This document shows positions 26,151 through 38,809 of a stretch of DNA of 64,000 nt, one piece after another (the first letter of the stretch is position 1; the number at the start of each line of letters is the position of its first letter). The stretch is from the NCBI GenBank assembly GCA_964016885.1, contig OZ024743.1, positions 362,328,001 to 362,392,000 on the forward strand. Reading direction: 5' to 3'. The notes beneath the pieces are model-generated. The model had not been told where the DNA came from, searched no databases, and saw only the letters and a list, made by a program, of their open reading frames with translations. Position numbers and translations under genes: made by a program. Source of the stretch: Eledone cirrhosa (Eukaryota).

Positions 26151-28710
26151 ATACAAATAAATAATTAAATAAACGTATATAAATGAATAAATACATATAT
26201 AACAAGCGCACCCACATACCTACATGTAAATACACAAATGTTCGAAGACGTAAGTCAGACAAAACATGAAGTACACATATACACACACCCTACATACGTT
26301 CGAACCAACATACACACGCAGACGCAAAACTCCCGTAAGCACATAACCAAACTATATGTACCAGAAAATATTTAAAAAATGTATACGCCACAACATAATC
26401 AATCAAATATACGTATGAGAAAGTATACGTACCTTCACAAAACATACAGGTAATATATACTTACCTATGCAAATAAGTAATGGTATAAACAAAACATATA
26501 CTTAGCTACCACATCAAGAAGTAAAAAATCCACGTATAGATCGTACTATCCGTTAGGGTATAATGTGGGGCTGTAATACAGGAAAGTTTTGTGCAATTTA
26601 TGTTTACAAGCCGAAATTGCCTCAGATTTTTTGTTTAAGGTGTGGTCTGTGGCGTAGAGTATTTCCAGGGCCTCAGCGGCGCAGAGGTCACATGGTCTTT
26701 TATTTCCGTTATACGATCTAGCCCTAGCTAGGATCTCCCAGTGTAACTTAAATTGGGTGTGGTTGTCTATAAGACTCCAGATATAAGCTGAAAGTAACGT
26801 CATATTCCTTCTAAGAGGATAACGAAAAGAATGGATATGCATGTAAAGACGCTGCTTGAATCTATTGGCGGTTAACCCTATGTAGGCCCTACGGGACGTG
26901 GGTGTTCCAACCCTATATTTGTAGACAATGTTACTATAGAGGCATTTCCCGGATAGGGGGCAATCAACCGGATTCCTACAATTACAGTTAGTACTAACTA
27001 CAGGGTTGCACGTGTTCCTACGGTTAGATAGTTTAGCTAAATTTGAAGCTGTGATGTTATGTGCAAGGTTAGGAGTCGTAGAGTAAGAAATTTTAATAGT
27101 ATTTCTATTAAAAATTTTACTATATTTATGTGTAGGGGAAAATGCTTCGTAATAAGGGAAAGAAAGATCTTAGCTAATGGTGTGGCCACCTCCATATTAT
27201 ATGGTGGGTTATACCAACAAATGTGACGGGATCTATTACTTCTAGGTCTATTTTCGTACTCTGTATATGCTACCTTATCGACAAATCCACTCCGAGCAAA
27301 AGCTTCATTGTAATAAGTGGAATGGTCGTTGAAAATATGCTCGTTAGTAGATAGACGGGAAAGCCTCAACGAAACGTTTCTTACCAGCTTCTTGGTTATG
27401 CTGGCCTGGATGGTTGGAATGCTTACTTATGTAATTAAGCGTATCATTCGGCTTTCTATACGGGTAATACAACCCATTCGATAAATTGAGGGTAACGTCA
27501 AGGTAATTAACGACCGAGAGATTGGCCTCAACCTGTATAGAGAGGTTGAAGCCTTTAAAGAAGGCTGTGATTTCTTTTGTGAACCTGTCGCAAGCACGAG
27601 GTCCGCACTTAGTCACGGTCAACAGACCATCATCACGGTACAAACCACCGCCCGCGTTGGGAAATTCGTCCTTGATAGAGAAAAGAAGGAAAAGGCCGAT
27701 AAGATCAGTAACCTCCGCAGAATCGCTAGCGCCCATACTCACGTCGAATGGGGTACTATTGGATTTTTTAATCCAAATAGAGTCATCGAAATTAATCACC
27801 AACTTACGGGCATTGAGGATGACATCAACTTCGAAATCCTTAACCACTGTGAGTGTTTTATCGAAATTGATAGCTCTAAGGAGAAGTGATGGAGGAGTAG
27901 TAATTGTTGATGTCGAACTGGATAAAACGGCAATGTTCCTTGTTGCATATGCCGTTGAACCAATCAATCACCGCGAAAGAATTGTTCCACAGTACAAGAG
28001 GGACCAAACTTCTAATTTCAGGTATAATTCTATCAAGAACCCTTTTACTAAGTCTACCTAAATCGGACTTCGTAGGGTTAATAAGCCGAATAGAGGGGTT
28101 GTTCTGAAAATTGGATTTGTGATCCTTCAGGGTAAAGTGGGGAGAAATAAGGTCCAGAGGTTCGGTCCGGTCCAGAATATTGAGATCAGAGGTGATTTTA
28201 AACCCAGCATCGTTGATTTCATTGATGACGCACCGATTAGTTTTACGGTAATCCTTAGTTACAGCATTATGTAGTAGTTGATGGTAAGTACTGCGCTCCA
28301 CTTGATGTAGGTTGCCAGTTTTGTCGGAATGGACGTGCATGGCATTAGAATCCTTAATAGAACGAATTCTATTCATCAGATCCTGCTGGAAGGAATGGCT
28401 CCTATTCCGAAATTTGATACTCCGTATGAGTTCCAAGACATCATTTTCGAAGGGTAGCAATGCTGGTTTACACGGGGGGTTATTATAGGTTTTAAACCCA
28501 AATTTATCCTGTTTGTTGTCTGCTTTTCGCGGATTATCGAAATAAAAGGCACGCCAACGCAACCTTTTAATGAACGCGTCTGTTTTCTGTATCAGGAGTT
28601 TTAGGTATGTTTTCCTGCTTGGTACGGGTATGTTCTTTGTAGAAATATTCAGATGTTGTTTCTGCATGATGAATATAAGTCAATAGAGTGCTCAACCGAG
28701 GGAGCCAAAT
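25495..28710 (-). mobile_element. Naiad-like PLE with an apparently full-length but frameshifted RT-GIY-YIG ORF (28667 to 26546) and a ~1 kb 3' UTR
   Basis: N-terminus STKNIPVPS...IKRLRWRAFYF; QFDINNYYSSI; GGLYRDDGL; WYNPPYN; CxCx5C linker CNCRNPVDC; IVY...YIG. Confidence 0.9.
25519..25569 (-). ncRNA. HHR-like motif, CAGAAGA core variant
   Basis: agttt-CAGAAGA-tccc/gggt-GAAA-gcagcgattctttgc-TT-aaact. Confidence 0.55.
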
Positions 28711-28788
28711 ACGTATGTAGTGTGTGTGTATATATGTGTACTTCATGTTTTGGCTGACTTACGTCTTCGAACATTTGTACTTACCATC

Positions 28789-30928
28789 AACTTACCATCA
28801 ACTACTACATAATGCTGTAACTAAGGATTACCGTTAAACTAATCGGCGCGTCATCAATGAAATCAACGATGCTGAGTTTAAAATCACCTCTGATCTCAAT
28901 ATCCTGGACCGGACCGAACCTCTGGACCCTATTTCTCCCCACTTTACCCTGAAGGATCACAAATCCAATTTTCAGAACAACCCCTCTATTCGGCTTATTA
29001 ACCCTACGAAGTCCGATTTAGGTAGACTTAGTAAAAGGGTTCTTGATAGAATTATACCTGAAATTAGAAGTTTGGTCCCTCTTGTACTGTGGAACAATTC
29101 TTTCGCGGTGATTGATTGGTTCAACGGCATATGCAACAAGGAACATTACCGTTTTATCCAGTTCGACATCAACAATTACTACTCCTCCATCACTTCTCCT
29201 TAGAGCTATCAATTTCGCTAAAACACTCACAGTGGTTAAGGATTTCGAAGTTGATGTCATCCTCAATGCCCGTAAGTCGGTGATTAATTTCGATGACTCT
29301 ATTTGGATTACAAAATCCAATAGTACCCCATTCGACGTGAGTATGGGCGATAGCGATTCTGCGGAGGTTACTGATCTTATCGGCCTTTTCCTTCTTTTCT
29401 CTATCAAGGACGAATTCCCCAACGCGGGCGGTGGTTTGTACTGGGATGATGGTCTGTTGACCTTGACTAAGCGCGGACCTCGTGCTTGCGACAGGTTCAC
29501 AAAAGAAATCACAGCCTTCTTTAAAGGCTTCAACCTCTCTATACAGGTTGAGGCCAATCTCTCGGTCGTTAATTACCTCGACGTTACCCTCAATTTATCG
29601 AATGGGTTGTATTACCCGTATAGAAAGCCGAATGATACGCTTAATTACATAAGTAAGCATTCCAACCATCCTGCCAGCATAACCAAGAAGCTGGTAAGAA
29701 ACCTTTCGTTGAGGCTTTCCCGTCTATCTACTAACGAGCATATTTTCAACGACCATTCCACTTATTACAATGAAGCTCTTGCTCGGAGTGGATTTGTCGA
29801 TAAAGTAGCATATACAGAGTACGAAAATAGACCTAGAAGTAATAGATCCCGTCGCATTTGTTGGTATAACCTACCATATAATATGGAGGTGGCCACACCA
29901 TTAGCTAAGATCTTTCTTTCCCTTATTACGAAGCATTTTCCCCTACACATAAATATAGTAAAATTTTTAATAGAAAAACTATTAAAATTTCTTACTCTAC
30001 GACTCCTAACCTTGCACATAACATCACAGCTTCAAATTTAGCTAAACTACCTAACCGTAGGAACACGTGCAACCATGTAGTTAGTACTAACTGTAATTGT
30101 AGGAATCCGGTTGATTGCCCCCTATCCGGGAAATGCCTCTATAGTAACATTGTCTACAAATATAGGGTTGAAACACCCACGTCCCGTAGGGCCTACATAG
30201 GGTTAACCGCCAATAGATTCAAGCAGCGTCTTTACATGCATATCCATTCTTTTCGTTATCCTCTTAGAAGGAATATGACGTCACTTTCAGCTTATATCTG
30301 GAGTCTAAAAGACAACCACACCCAATTTAAGTTACACTGGGAGATCCTAGCTAGGGCTAGATCGTATAACGGAAATAAAAGACCATGTGACCTCTGCGCC
30401 GCTGAGGCCCTGGAAATACTCTACGCCACAGACCACACCTTAAACAAAAAATCTGAGGCAATTTCGGCTTGTAAACATAAATTGCACAAAACTTTCCTGT
30501 ATTACAGCCCCACATTATACCCTAACGGATAGTACGATCTATACGTGGATTTTTTACTTCTTGATGTGGTAGCTAAGTATATGTTTTGTTTATACCATTA
30601 CTTATTTGCATAGGTAAGTATATATTACCTGTATGTTTTGTGAAGGTACGTATACTTTCTCATACGTATATTTGATTGATTATGTTGTGGCGTATACATT
30701 TTTTTTATATTTTCTGGTACATATAGTTTGGTTATGTGCTTACGGGAGTTTTGCGTGTGTATGTTGGTTCGTACGTATGTAGGGTGTGTGTATGTGTACT
30801 TCATGTTTTGGCTGACTTACGTCTTCGAACATTTGTGTATTTACATGTAGGTATGTGGGTGCGCTTGTTATATATGTATTTATTCATTTATATACGTTTA
30901 TTTAATTATTTATTTGTATACACGCACA

Positions 30929-30989
<61 letters not shown>

Positions 30990-31583
30990 CTATATGTGCG
31001 TGGTTTTGTATACCTATGGCAAGTGTTTTGCGTATGCTTGTGCATGTACGTATTTGAATGTGTGTATGCATTTATTTAATTTTTATTACCCCTGTATTGT
31101 ATTTATTTACTTTATTCTTAACTCTGAAGCGGAGATTCATTCGGTTTCCTAGTTAGAATTTAGTCTACGACCTCAGCTATACCATCTACGTGGTTTTGTC
31201 TTTATGTGCAATTGTTCTCCACGGTCCACATATGACGTATTATCTTCGTTTTTTCCGTTCATTGCCACAGAACGTCTCTATGAACCACCTAAGAGAACAT
31301 TAGTCTACGACTTCTTTTATACCATAAACGTGGTTCTGTCTTTGCGCGTAATTGTTTTTCACCGCTCCTATTAATGACGTACTATATTCGTTTTTTCCCA
31401 TTCTTTGCCAGGGAACGTTTCCACAAACCAAAGTATCGTCTTCCTGTCTTCCTCCGGTTGCAACGTTTTTTGAAATATCCACTTCTGCGTTTACAGATTG
31501 ACTTTGTTAGTTTCAGAAGATCCCGTTAAGGGTGAAAGCAACGATTCCTTGCTTAAACTTTAATCTGTTATTTTAATAAATAT
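28789..31583 (+). mobile_element. 5'-truncated Naiad-like PLE, inverted twin of 25495-28290
   Basis: Near-identical reverse complement with shared frameshifts; YWDD instead of YRDD. Confidence 0.9.
31509..31559 (+). ncRNA. HHR-like motif, CAGAAGA core variant, at the PLE 3' end
   Basis: Stem I agttt/aaact; stem II ccc/ggg; GAAA; stem III gcaa/ttgc; CUU site. Confidence 0.55.
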
Positions 31584-31666
31584 TTGCTCTACGGTTCTTA
31601 TATATTTGATATATATTTATCCTTATCGAGCCCTCTTTGGATTTTAGTCTTCAAATGTATTATTAT

Positions 31667-31745
<79 letters not shown>

Positions 31746-32169
31746 GAAAACGCTTTAATAAAAAAAAATATCAACTGTAATGTATGTATGCATATATTTA
31801 TGTATTTATATCAGATATGCAAGCAAATCTTACTTTGTGGTCAGCTGCTCCTTAGCATAATATTCATGCTAGAACAGCATATATTTGAAAGTTTTCAGGG
31901 AGTTGAATTACTGATTTTGGATCGACAGCTTTAGCTTTGAAAAAATGAAATGTGAAGTGTAAACATGTTTTATTATTCCTCCGGGGATGAATCTTCTCTG
32001 ACTTTTTGCATCTCTTTCTTTCTCTCTGGAAGAAATCAGCCAGAGTAAGACCTATAAAAATGGTTAGATGCACCATGACGCACCGTGCATCACGGTGTAG
32101 TTGAAAAGCAGACTCAGAACATGGCGTTATGTGGGGGTGGCTCGCAGCTCAATGTTCCAGGGGGAGCAA

Positions 32170-32282
32170 AAGAAGAAGAAGAAGAAGAAGAAGAAGAAGA
32201 AGAAGAAGAAGAAGAAGAAGAAGAAGAAGAAGAAGAAGAAGAAGAAGAAGAAGAAGAAGAAGAAGAAGAAGAAGAAGAAGAA
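32170..32282. repeat. (GAA)n microsatellite
   Basis: Directly visible. Confidence 0.95.
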
Positions 32283-32396
32283 GGTGTGAGCTGGAGTCCT
32301 ATCAAATATGTAGGTTGTCTCTTAAATTGAAGGTTTAGTACAAACAATTCATGTATAGTTTTGTACTTTTCTTTTTGTCATTCATATATAAACGAA

Positions 32397-33468
32397 TCTA
32401 CTATATAAATTGGAAGTGGTCGGACGTTGTATATGTAGGTGTAGTTGGATAAACGTCGAAACGGCTTGGTGGAATGCAGCGAAAATTTATACAGTTATGC
32501 AGAATGACCCGAGGAGGCATTGGGTCGACGTTCAAGGTACAAGCTTCAATGGTTACAGAGAAAATCGATGAAACAGGAATTTCCCATTCAAATTGAACTG
32601 AGAGTAATCTGTGAACGCAGAAGTAAATATTTCGAGAAACGTTGCAACCGAAAGAAAACAGGAAGACGATATTTTGGTTTGTGAAGACGTTCCCTGGCAA
32701 TTAACGGGAAAAAACGCGAGGATAATACGTCGTTATGTGGAGCGTGAAGGACAATTTCATGCAAAGACAAAACCAAGTTTATGGTATAAATGGAGGCGTT
32801 AGACTAATATTCTATTTAAAATAACAGAATGATTTCCATCCCCGGAGTTTAAGAATGATGTAAATAAAATTAAAACGAAAATGACAGAGGTTAATAAAAT
32901 AGTAAAAGTAAATAGTGAAGATTTAGGCCAATACATACGTACGCCCCGACGGACATACACATACATACGCACACACAAATACATACACACCCACAAACAC
33001 ACACACACACACGCACGCACACACGCACGACACGTATGTATAAACCTTATGCATTTCTACAGTATTTTCACCAAACTTAAGACATAGGTTACTTATGTAC
33101 TCCGAATGGTGATGGGCACTTTCATTGTTCCAGATATTGATTATAGGGCCTCCCGGCAGATAACCCCCTTTAACCACTTTCTTGGAGTCGACTGAAGTAC
33201 TGCAGTGCAATGCAACAAAACGTCATAACTTCTGGAGTTCGCAACCGATTTTCACAAAACTTGACACATGGGCTACGTTTGTCCTACAGATGAATGTGAA
33301 CTCGCAGGATTGGCACATATTGAGTAGGGGTCTCCTGGGGGCAGGAACCCCTTATGGAAAAAGCCGATGATTTTTTAAAAGTATAGTTTTCGAAGCAGCA
33401 CTGAAGTATTGACATAAATGGTATACACAACTATTTAATACCCGAGCAACGCCGGGTACCTCTGCTAC
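32397..33468 (+). mobile_element. Non-autonomous Helitron carrying sequence homologous to the Naiad-like 3' UTR
   Basis: A|TCtactatataaa start; cccgagcaacgccggg hairpin and ctgctac end; 32605-32870 is similar to 25578-25980. Confidence 0.6.
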
Positions 33469-34208
33469 TGAATAAATAAATCTTAGCACCAAAAGCGAAA
33501 GCTCAATATGATATGATGAAAAGAAAAATATAATAAAAAAAATTGTATTTGATAGTTCTGAAATCCCACTGGTTTACATTATATTTCACCATTCCACTAT
33601 CCCTAAGGCTATTAAAAGAAATACAATTGTATTAAACTTAAAGTAAAAAGGAAAGACTTCCGTAACGAGCTGATACCTACGCAAACACATTTTAGTAGAT
33701 GCAGAAATATATTAATTCACATTATTCAAACAAAGTGGCTATTTCTTGCAGGTCGAGTAACAGCGTATATACTCCCCTATACGCTTTGTAAATCTAAATA
33801 TGGAAAAATCAGTTTTACATTCAAAAGCAAAGGAAATATACTTTTTTCTGTGCGTGAAAGAGGAAGTTACATGTCTTTTTTGTGGAAATGCGTGTGCAAG
33901 ATGGCGCGAAATGCTGCTCTATTGAATCTATGAATTAAGAGAAAGTTTACTTAGGTATCTGCACATAGCGGAAGCCTTTCACTATTTATTTATGAATTTA
34001 ACAGAATTTTGTCTCTATTAACTGCCTTAGGGATAAGGGAAGGATGAAAGACAAACACTATGGCAGCAGGATATCAATTTAAATAGAATAAATACAAAAC
34101 TACAGACGAAATGTTTCTTCCAAAGTGACGCTTTAAAATGTAACATATATATGTATGCATACTTACATGAATGATTACACGCATACATGCATTATTTAAA
34201 CGTACACA

Positions 34209-34400
34209 GGGCGGTGGATTGGCAATATTGGTAGAGGGTCGGGCGCCATGCTTTGCAGCAAAAAGTTACGGCCCTTTATGGTCTGAGTTCAAATCCCGCC
34301 GAGGTTAACTTTGCCTTTCATCCTTACGGGATCGATAAAATAAAGTACCAGTAATGTACTGGGATAATTGCTGGCTTGTGCCAAAAGTAGAAATAATCAT
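34209..34400 (+). mobile_element. SINE family 1, full length
   Basis: A box tggcaatattgg, B box gagttcaaatcc, conserved central domain, AT-rich tail. Confidence 0.8.
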
Positions 34401-34789
34401 TTAAACGTACACATATCTACAAACACACACTCACACACACACACATATTGAGAGAGGGAGAGTGAGAGAAAGCTCAAGTCACACAAAGCTCAGTTTCAGC
34501 TTCCATCGTTTCGGGATCGACAAATAAAGTACCCGAATAGGCGAATGGCGGAATTGTTAGAGCATCAGACACGATACCATGCAACATTTGTTCCGTCTCC
34601 TTACGATCTGATTTCAAATTCTTTGCAATATTGTTCACAAATTCCTTCCTTATATCTATGTATATTGGTTACACCTGTTTCAAATCTCTTCATAAGACAT
34701 GAGTACACTCACAGCAAAATTAGAGGAAAATATAGATATTCTAAGTGTTATGCTACAGAAAAATCACGAGCACCTTCTACTGGAAACAG

Positions 34790-35020
34790 ATAAGCAACAA
34801 AAACATTCGCTTGAAACCCAGGCAACATGTGAGCAACTACGATGACTTCCTGAATATTATGAAGAAAAGAAAAATGGATGATACGGTCTCGTAACAAGAT
34901 CGGATGGTTTAACCAAAGTCATCTCTCAAGGAGCAGTTCAGAGGCGAAAGACAATGACGTCGCAAGAAGAAATGTGCCGATAACATGAAGGACTGGATCG
35001 ATAAAGACTTTGCGACAAAT
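34790..35020 (+). mobile_element. RTE-X-like 3' remnant
   Basis: YDDFLNIMKKRK...YGLVTRSDGLTKVISQGAV...DNMKDW; similar to 5500-5700. Confidence 0.45.
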
Positions 35021-35079
35021 TAAGTCCTATCTCTTTTGGCGGAAGTAGATGGAGGAGGATGGATCCCTACTCTTCTTGG

Positions 35080-36560
35080 AAGGATTGGCCGTTGGCCGTT
35101 GTCCCCACTGAGTCTGTTGGTGTTGGTGATGTAAGTGGAAGTGTGGCATCAGGGCCGGAATCCGAGGACTCATTTGGGGGAGGAAGGGTGTTGCGGGCAA
35201 GAAGATTTCGGAGGTTGCGTCGCGCTTGAAAGAAGAGAGAGGTGGGAGTGGGAACATGGTGGCGGTGGAGGGATCATAATGGAGGCGGCGAAAGAGCCGG
35301 AGGATCGTCCTCTGGAGGGAAAAGATGGACGAGTGGTAGGTAAGGGGAATGGAAGTTAGTTGGTGGGGGCCGAGGGCGTGGGGTCAGGTTGGTGGTGCAG
35401 TCACTATCACGGGCACGGAGAGAGCGGCGTGAACCAGGGGATGGGGATAACCTCGCCGAGTGAAGTACCCAGCTATGTAATGGGCCTGAGCATCAAAGTC
35501 CTGAGTTTGGCTACAAAGGCGGCGGAGGCGGGATAATTGGGAGTAGGGGATGGAGTGTTTGGTGTGGGTGGGATATGATGAGGTGAAATCGGGGTAGAAG
35601 TGAGAGTCAATAAGTTTAAATAAGGCGGAAGTATAAGGGAGTGATGTGAAGCATCGATCGAGACGGAGATGTCGTGAAAGTGATAAGAGGTGGTGGAGGT
35701 GGAGGTGGTGAAGTCGTGTGTGGGGAAATAAGGAGCAGAGAAAAGAGAGAAAGGAAGTGAGCTGTGCTCGAGTGAGTGAGGTGGTGCTGATACAGTCGTT
35801 AATATAACGGCTCTATAGTTCGGGGATGGGGCCAGTGTATTGGGCAATGATTTGGACCTCAACGTAGCTAACGAATAGGTTGGCATAGTTAGGACCCATA
35901 CTTGTGCTCATGCCCATCCCAGTTACCTATTGGTAGAATTCCCCTGAGAAAGAAAAGCAGTTGAAGATGAGGATGAGCTCGGCATGGTGGTTGAGGGTGC
36001 AGGTGACGAGTTGAGTGGAGAGGTGAAGGTCGAGGAAGTGTTGGAGGGCAAGTAGGCTTTCAGCGTGGGGTATGACTGTGTAAAGGGATTTGATGTCAAG
36101 GGGAAAGGGGAGGGAGTGGGCCAGGTGGAAAGATGAAGGAGTCAAAGAGGTGGAGGGCGTGGTTGATGTCGTATATGTGGTAGGAGAGGGAGGCTACTAA
36201 GGGTTTGAGAACGGAGTCGAGATAAGCGGCGCTGCGTTTGGTGGGCATTTGCAGGGGGACGCGATCAGGGGATATCGGGTTTGTAGATCTGGGGAGGAAA
36301 TAGATTATTAAGGGCGTGATGTGGACGATGAGGTTGGTGGCGATGGGAGTAGGAGGGAGGGGGTAATGAGTTGGTGTACGGTGGGAGATATTTGTTTCTA
36401 GTATTGAGGGGCGGGATCGGTGGTAGGAGAGGGGGTTACGAAGATATCGTAGAACCTCCATCGAATAGTGGTAGGCGCGCCACACAGCGGTGCCTCTCTT
36501 GTTCCGGTTTGATGACGAAGTCGTCGCGGCTTCGGAGGGAGCAGAGAGCGGGGAGTTCGG
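35080..36560 (-). pseudogene. Degraded PLE (Neptune-like) reverse transcriptase region
   Basis: DDFVIKP, YLDSVLKPLV, DIKSLYTVIPH, NCFSFSGEFYQ, MGPNYANLFV, RLRRLCS, PPLSSFKRD. Confidence 0.75.
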
Positions 36561-36624
36561 CCCGTGAGAGGTTGCTCCATTTTGAGCGTTTACATATATA
36601 TATATATATAATAACAATAATAAT

Positions 36625-36810
36625 AATAATTGTTTCTACTTTTGGCACAAGGCCAGCAATTACTCAGTACATTACTGGTACTTTATTTTATCAACTCCGT
36701 AAGGATGAAAGGCAAAGTTAACCTCGACGGGATTTGAATTCAGACCTAAAGCGACGTAACTATGCTGGAAAGCATGGTGTCCGATCCTCTACCGATATTG
36801 CCAATTCACC
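36625..36810 (-). mobile_element. SINE family 1
   Basis: Reverse complement of the 34209-34400 family, with a (TAA)-like tail. Confidence 0.75.
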
Positions 36811-36985
36811 GATTAATAATAATAATAATGATTTTTGTATTGGCCACAAGGGCTGACATCAAGAAAAACATTACAGACGGCACAGAACGGTACAGAACGG
36901 TACGATGTGGGTTTTGTGCGTGTACAGATTTTTATTATTTATATAAGAAAAGAAGAAAAAAAAGACATAGAAACATATATATATA

Positions 36986-38807
36986 TCTTTATATATATAA
37001 AAGCGAGGATGTGTGTGTGTCTGTGTACAACTTTGGATACCTAAGGCTTTTACAATTACCAACCGAATTTGACCAAATTTTCTGTTCACGTTGCACAGGT
37101 CGCTAAGATGGTCACATCACAAACATATTTCCAATCGACCCACGTTGAGCAATAAAATATCGATATCAAAATTATCGGTAGCAAAATTGATGTAAGGAAG
37201 ATAACCAACTTTATTGACAATCCTTATTAAAAAAAGGGGAGATAACCAACTTTATTGACAATCCTTATAAAGAGAGTGAGATATGGAGACCTTTGTTTTC
37301 AATTTTAAAACAACAATCATCGTCGGACGAAATTTCAGAAATATAAACATCAGATTCATTTGAAGATAAATCACTAATATTATCGTTTGTTTCTTGTTTA
37401 TTCTTTGTTGCACTTTCACAGTTAAAAAAACACTTGTTGTTTTAACTTGTTTCACTATATTAAGTGTTAATTTTCGCAGCAGTCTCGAATTGACGAGATT
37501 TTGATGATGGTTTGTTTATTTTTAGAACAATCGTTATGGGATTTTCCATTCAAACCATTGGGACCTACAACTTTTACATTTTTAAAACTTCCATAAGCCA
37601 TGTTGATACAAAAAAAATTTGTTGCACTTTCAAAGTTAAAAAACACTTGTTGTTTTAACTTTTTTAACAGCTTTTACATTTTTAAAGTAATTTCGTCCAC
37701 ATTTGAGGCAGGCATTATCTATGCTTCGAGCTGTATTCGTGCACATCAAACTTTTTTGACAGTGAAGGAACATACTGAATAGGACTCTTCCTGGATGTCC
37801 ACGGATATATAAATCTATTGATACTGTATATGATCCACAGGATGCGGTCAATTATCCAGTTGAATTTCTAAATTCTTTAAATCCTCCTGGTTTACCTCCT
37901 AATACATTGGTTCTGAAAGAGGGAACGCCAGTTATTTTCCTGAGAAATATCACTCCTCCAAAACTATGCCATGGTACACGCCTTGAGGTTAAAAAACTGT
38001 CTCCACTTAGTATTGACGCTACCATTCTATCCGGATGTGGAAAAGGCGAGGATGTGATAATAACAAAAATTTGCCTCACTACACCAGGCGTGGATACTCC
38101 CTTCTCCTCTCGCCGAACCAAATTTCCCCTTCGTGTTGCCTTTGCGATGTCCATAAACAAGTTGCAAGGTGAAACTCTGTCCGTCACTGGAATTCACTTG
38201 GATGAACCTTGATTTTCGCACGGACAATTCTACATTGCCTGCTCACGAGTTGGCAGACGAGATAATCTCTTTGTGTTTGTTCCGAAAAGAAAAACAAAGA
38301 ATATCGTCTATCCTGAAGTGCTTTAGTGTTAACAAAAAACCTATTACAGCTCTGATTTGACTTCACCTTACTCATTAATAAACATACCAATGAATATGGC
38401 ATGCAGGATATTTTGGATTATAAATTCAAAATGTAACCATAAACAGCAAAGGATGCTCTCAAAGAATAGATTTTCTCTTATTCTACTCTCATTGTTTTTT
38501 TTGTTTGTATACAACTCTGCTTTCATTACAACTTTTTGTACTTTAGCAAAACTGCCTGTTTTTTTACAGATTTGCAACGTGTATTGTCTTTATTCATTTG
38601 TATAACTACATCCTGTTCAGTGTTTTCCTTCTTTATCAACATAGTTTTATGTGTAGAAAGATTGCACTAAATATTCGTTTGCATTAATTATTGAAGACTT
38701 CTGCTTATTTTGACAGGTTGGGGACAAATAATGTTCTTCTTTTACTTCCTAGCTGTATATTCTTAGCATAATTTCAAACCCTGAGCAACGCCGGGTAAAT
38801 CTGCTAG
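36986..38807 (+). mobile_element. Internally deleted Helitron with a PIF1 helicase remnant
   Basis: A|TC start; YPVEFLNSLNPPGLPP, LRNITPPKLCHGTRL, FPLRVAFAMSINKLQGETL, HGQFYIACSRV; hairpin and CTAG|T end. Confidence 0.85.
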
Positions 38808-38809
38808 TT

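Noticed and set aside
27522-29557. Two 179-aa ORFs (MASTCIERLK...)
   Set aside because: Antisense shadows of the PLE RT frame, duplicated by the inversion
30085-30140. Selenocysteine (in-frame TGA) recoding, as reported for some Naiad PLEs
   Set aside because: The CxCx5C cysteines here and at about 48235 and 59087 are ordinary TGT/TGC codons; no in-frame TGA at these conserved Cys positions
32085-32347. Poly-E, poly-K, poly-R and poly-S ORFs
   Set aside because: All are frames of a (GAA)n tract
34209-34300. tRNA gene
   Set aside because: A and B boxes belong to a SINE head repeated about ten times in the window; no complete cloverleaf
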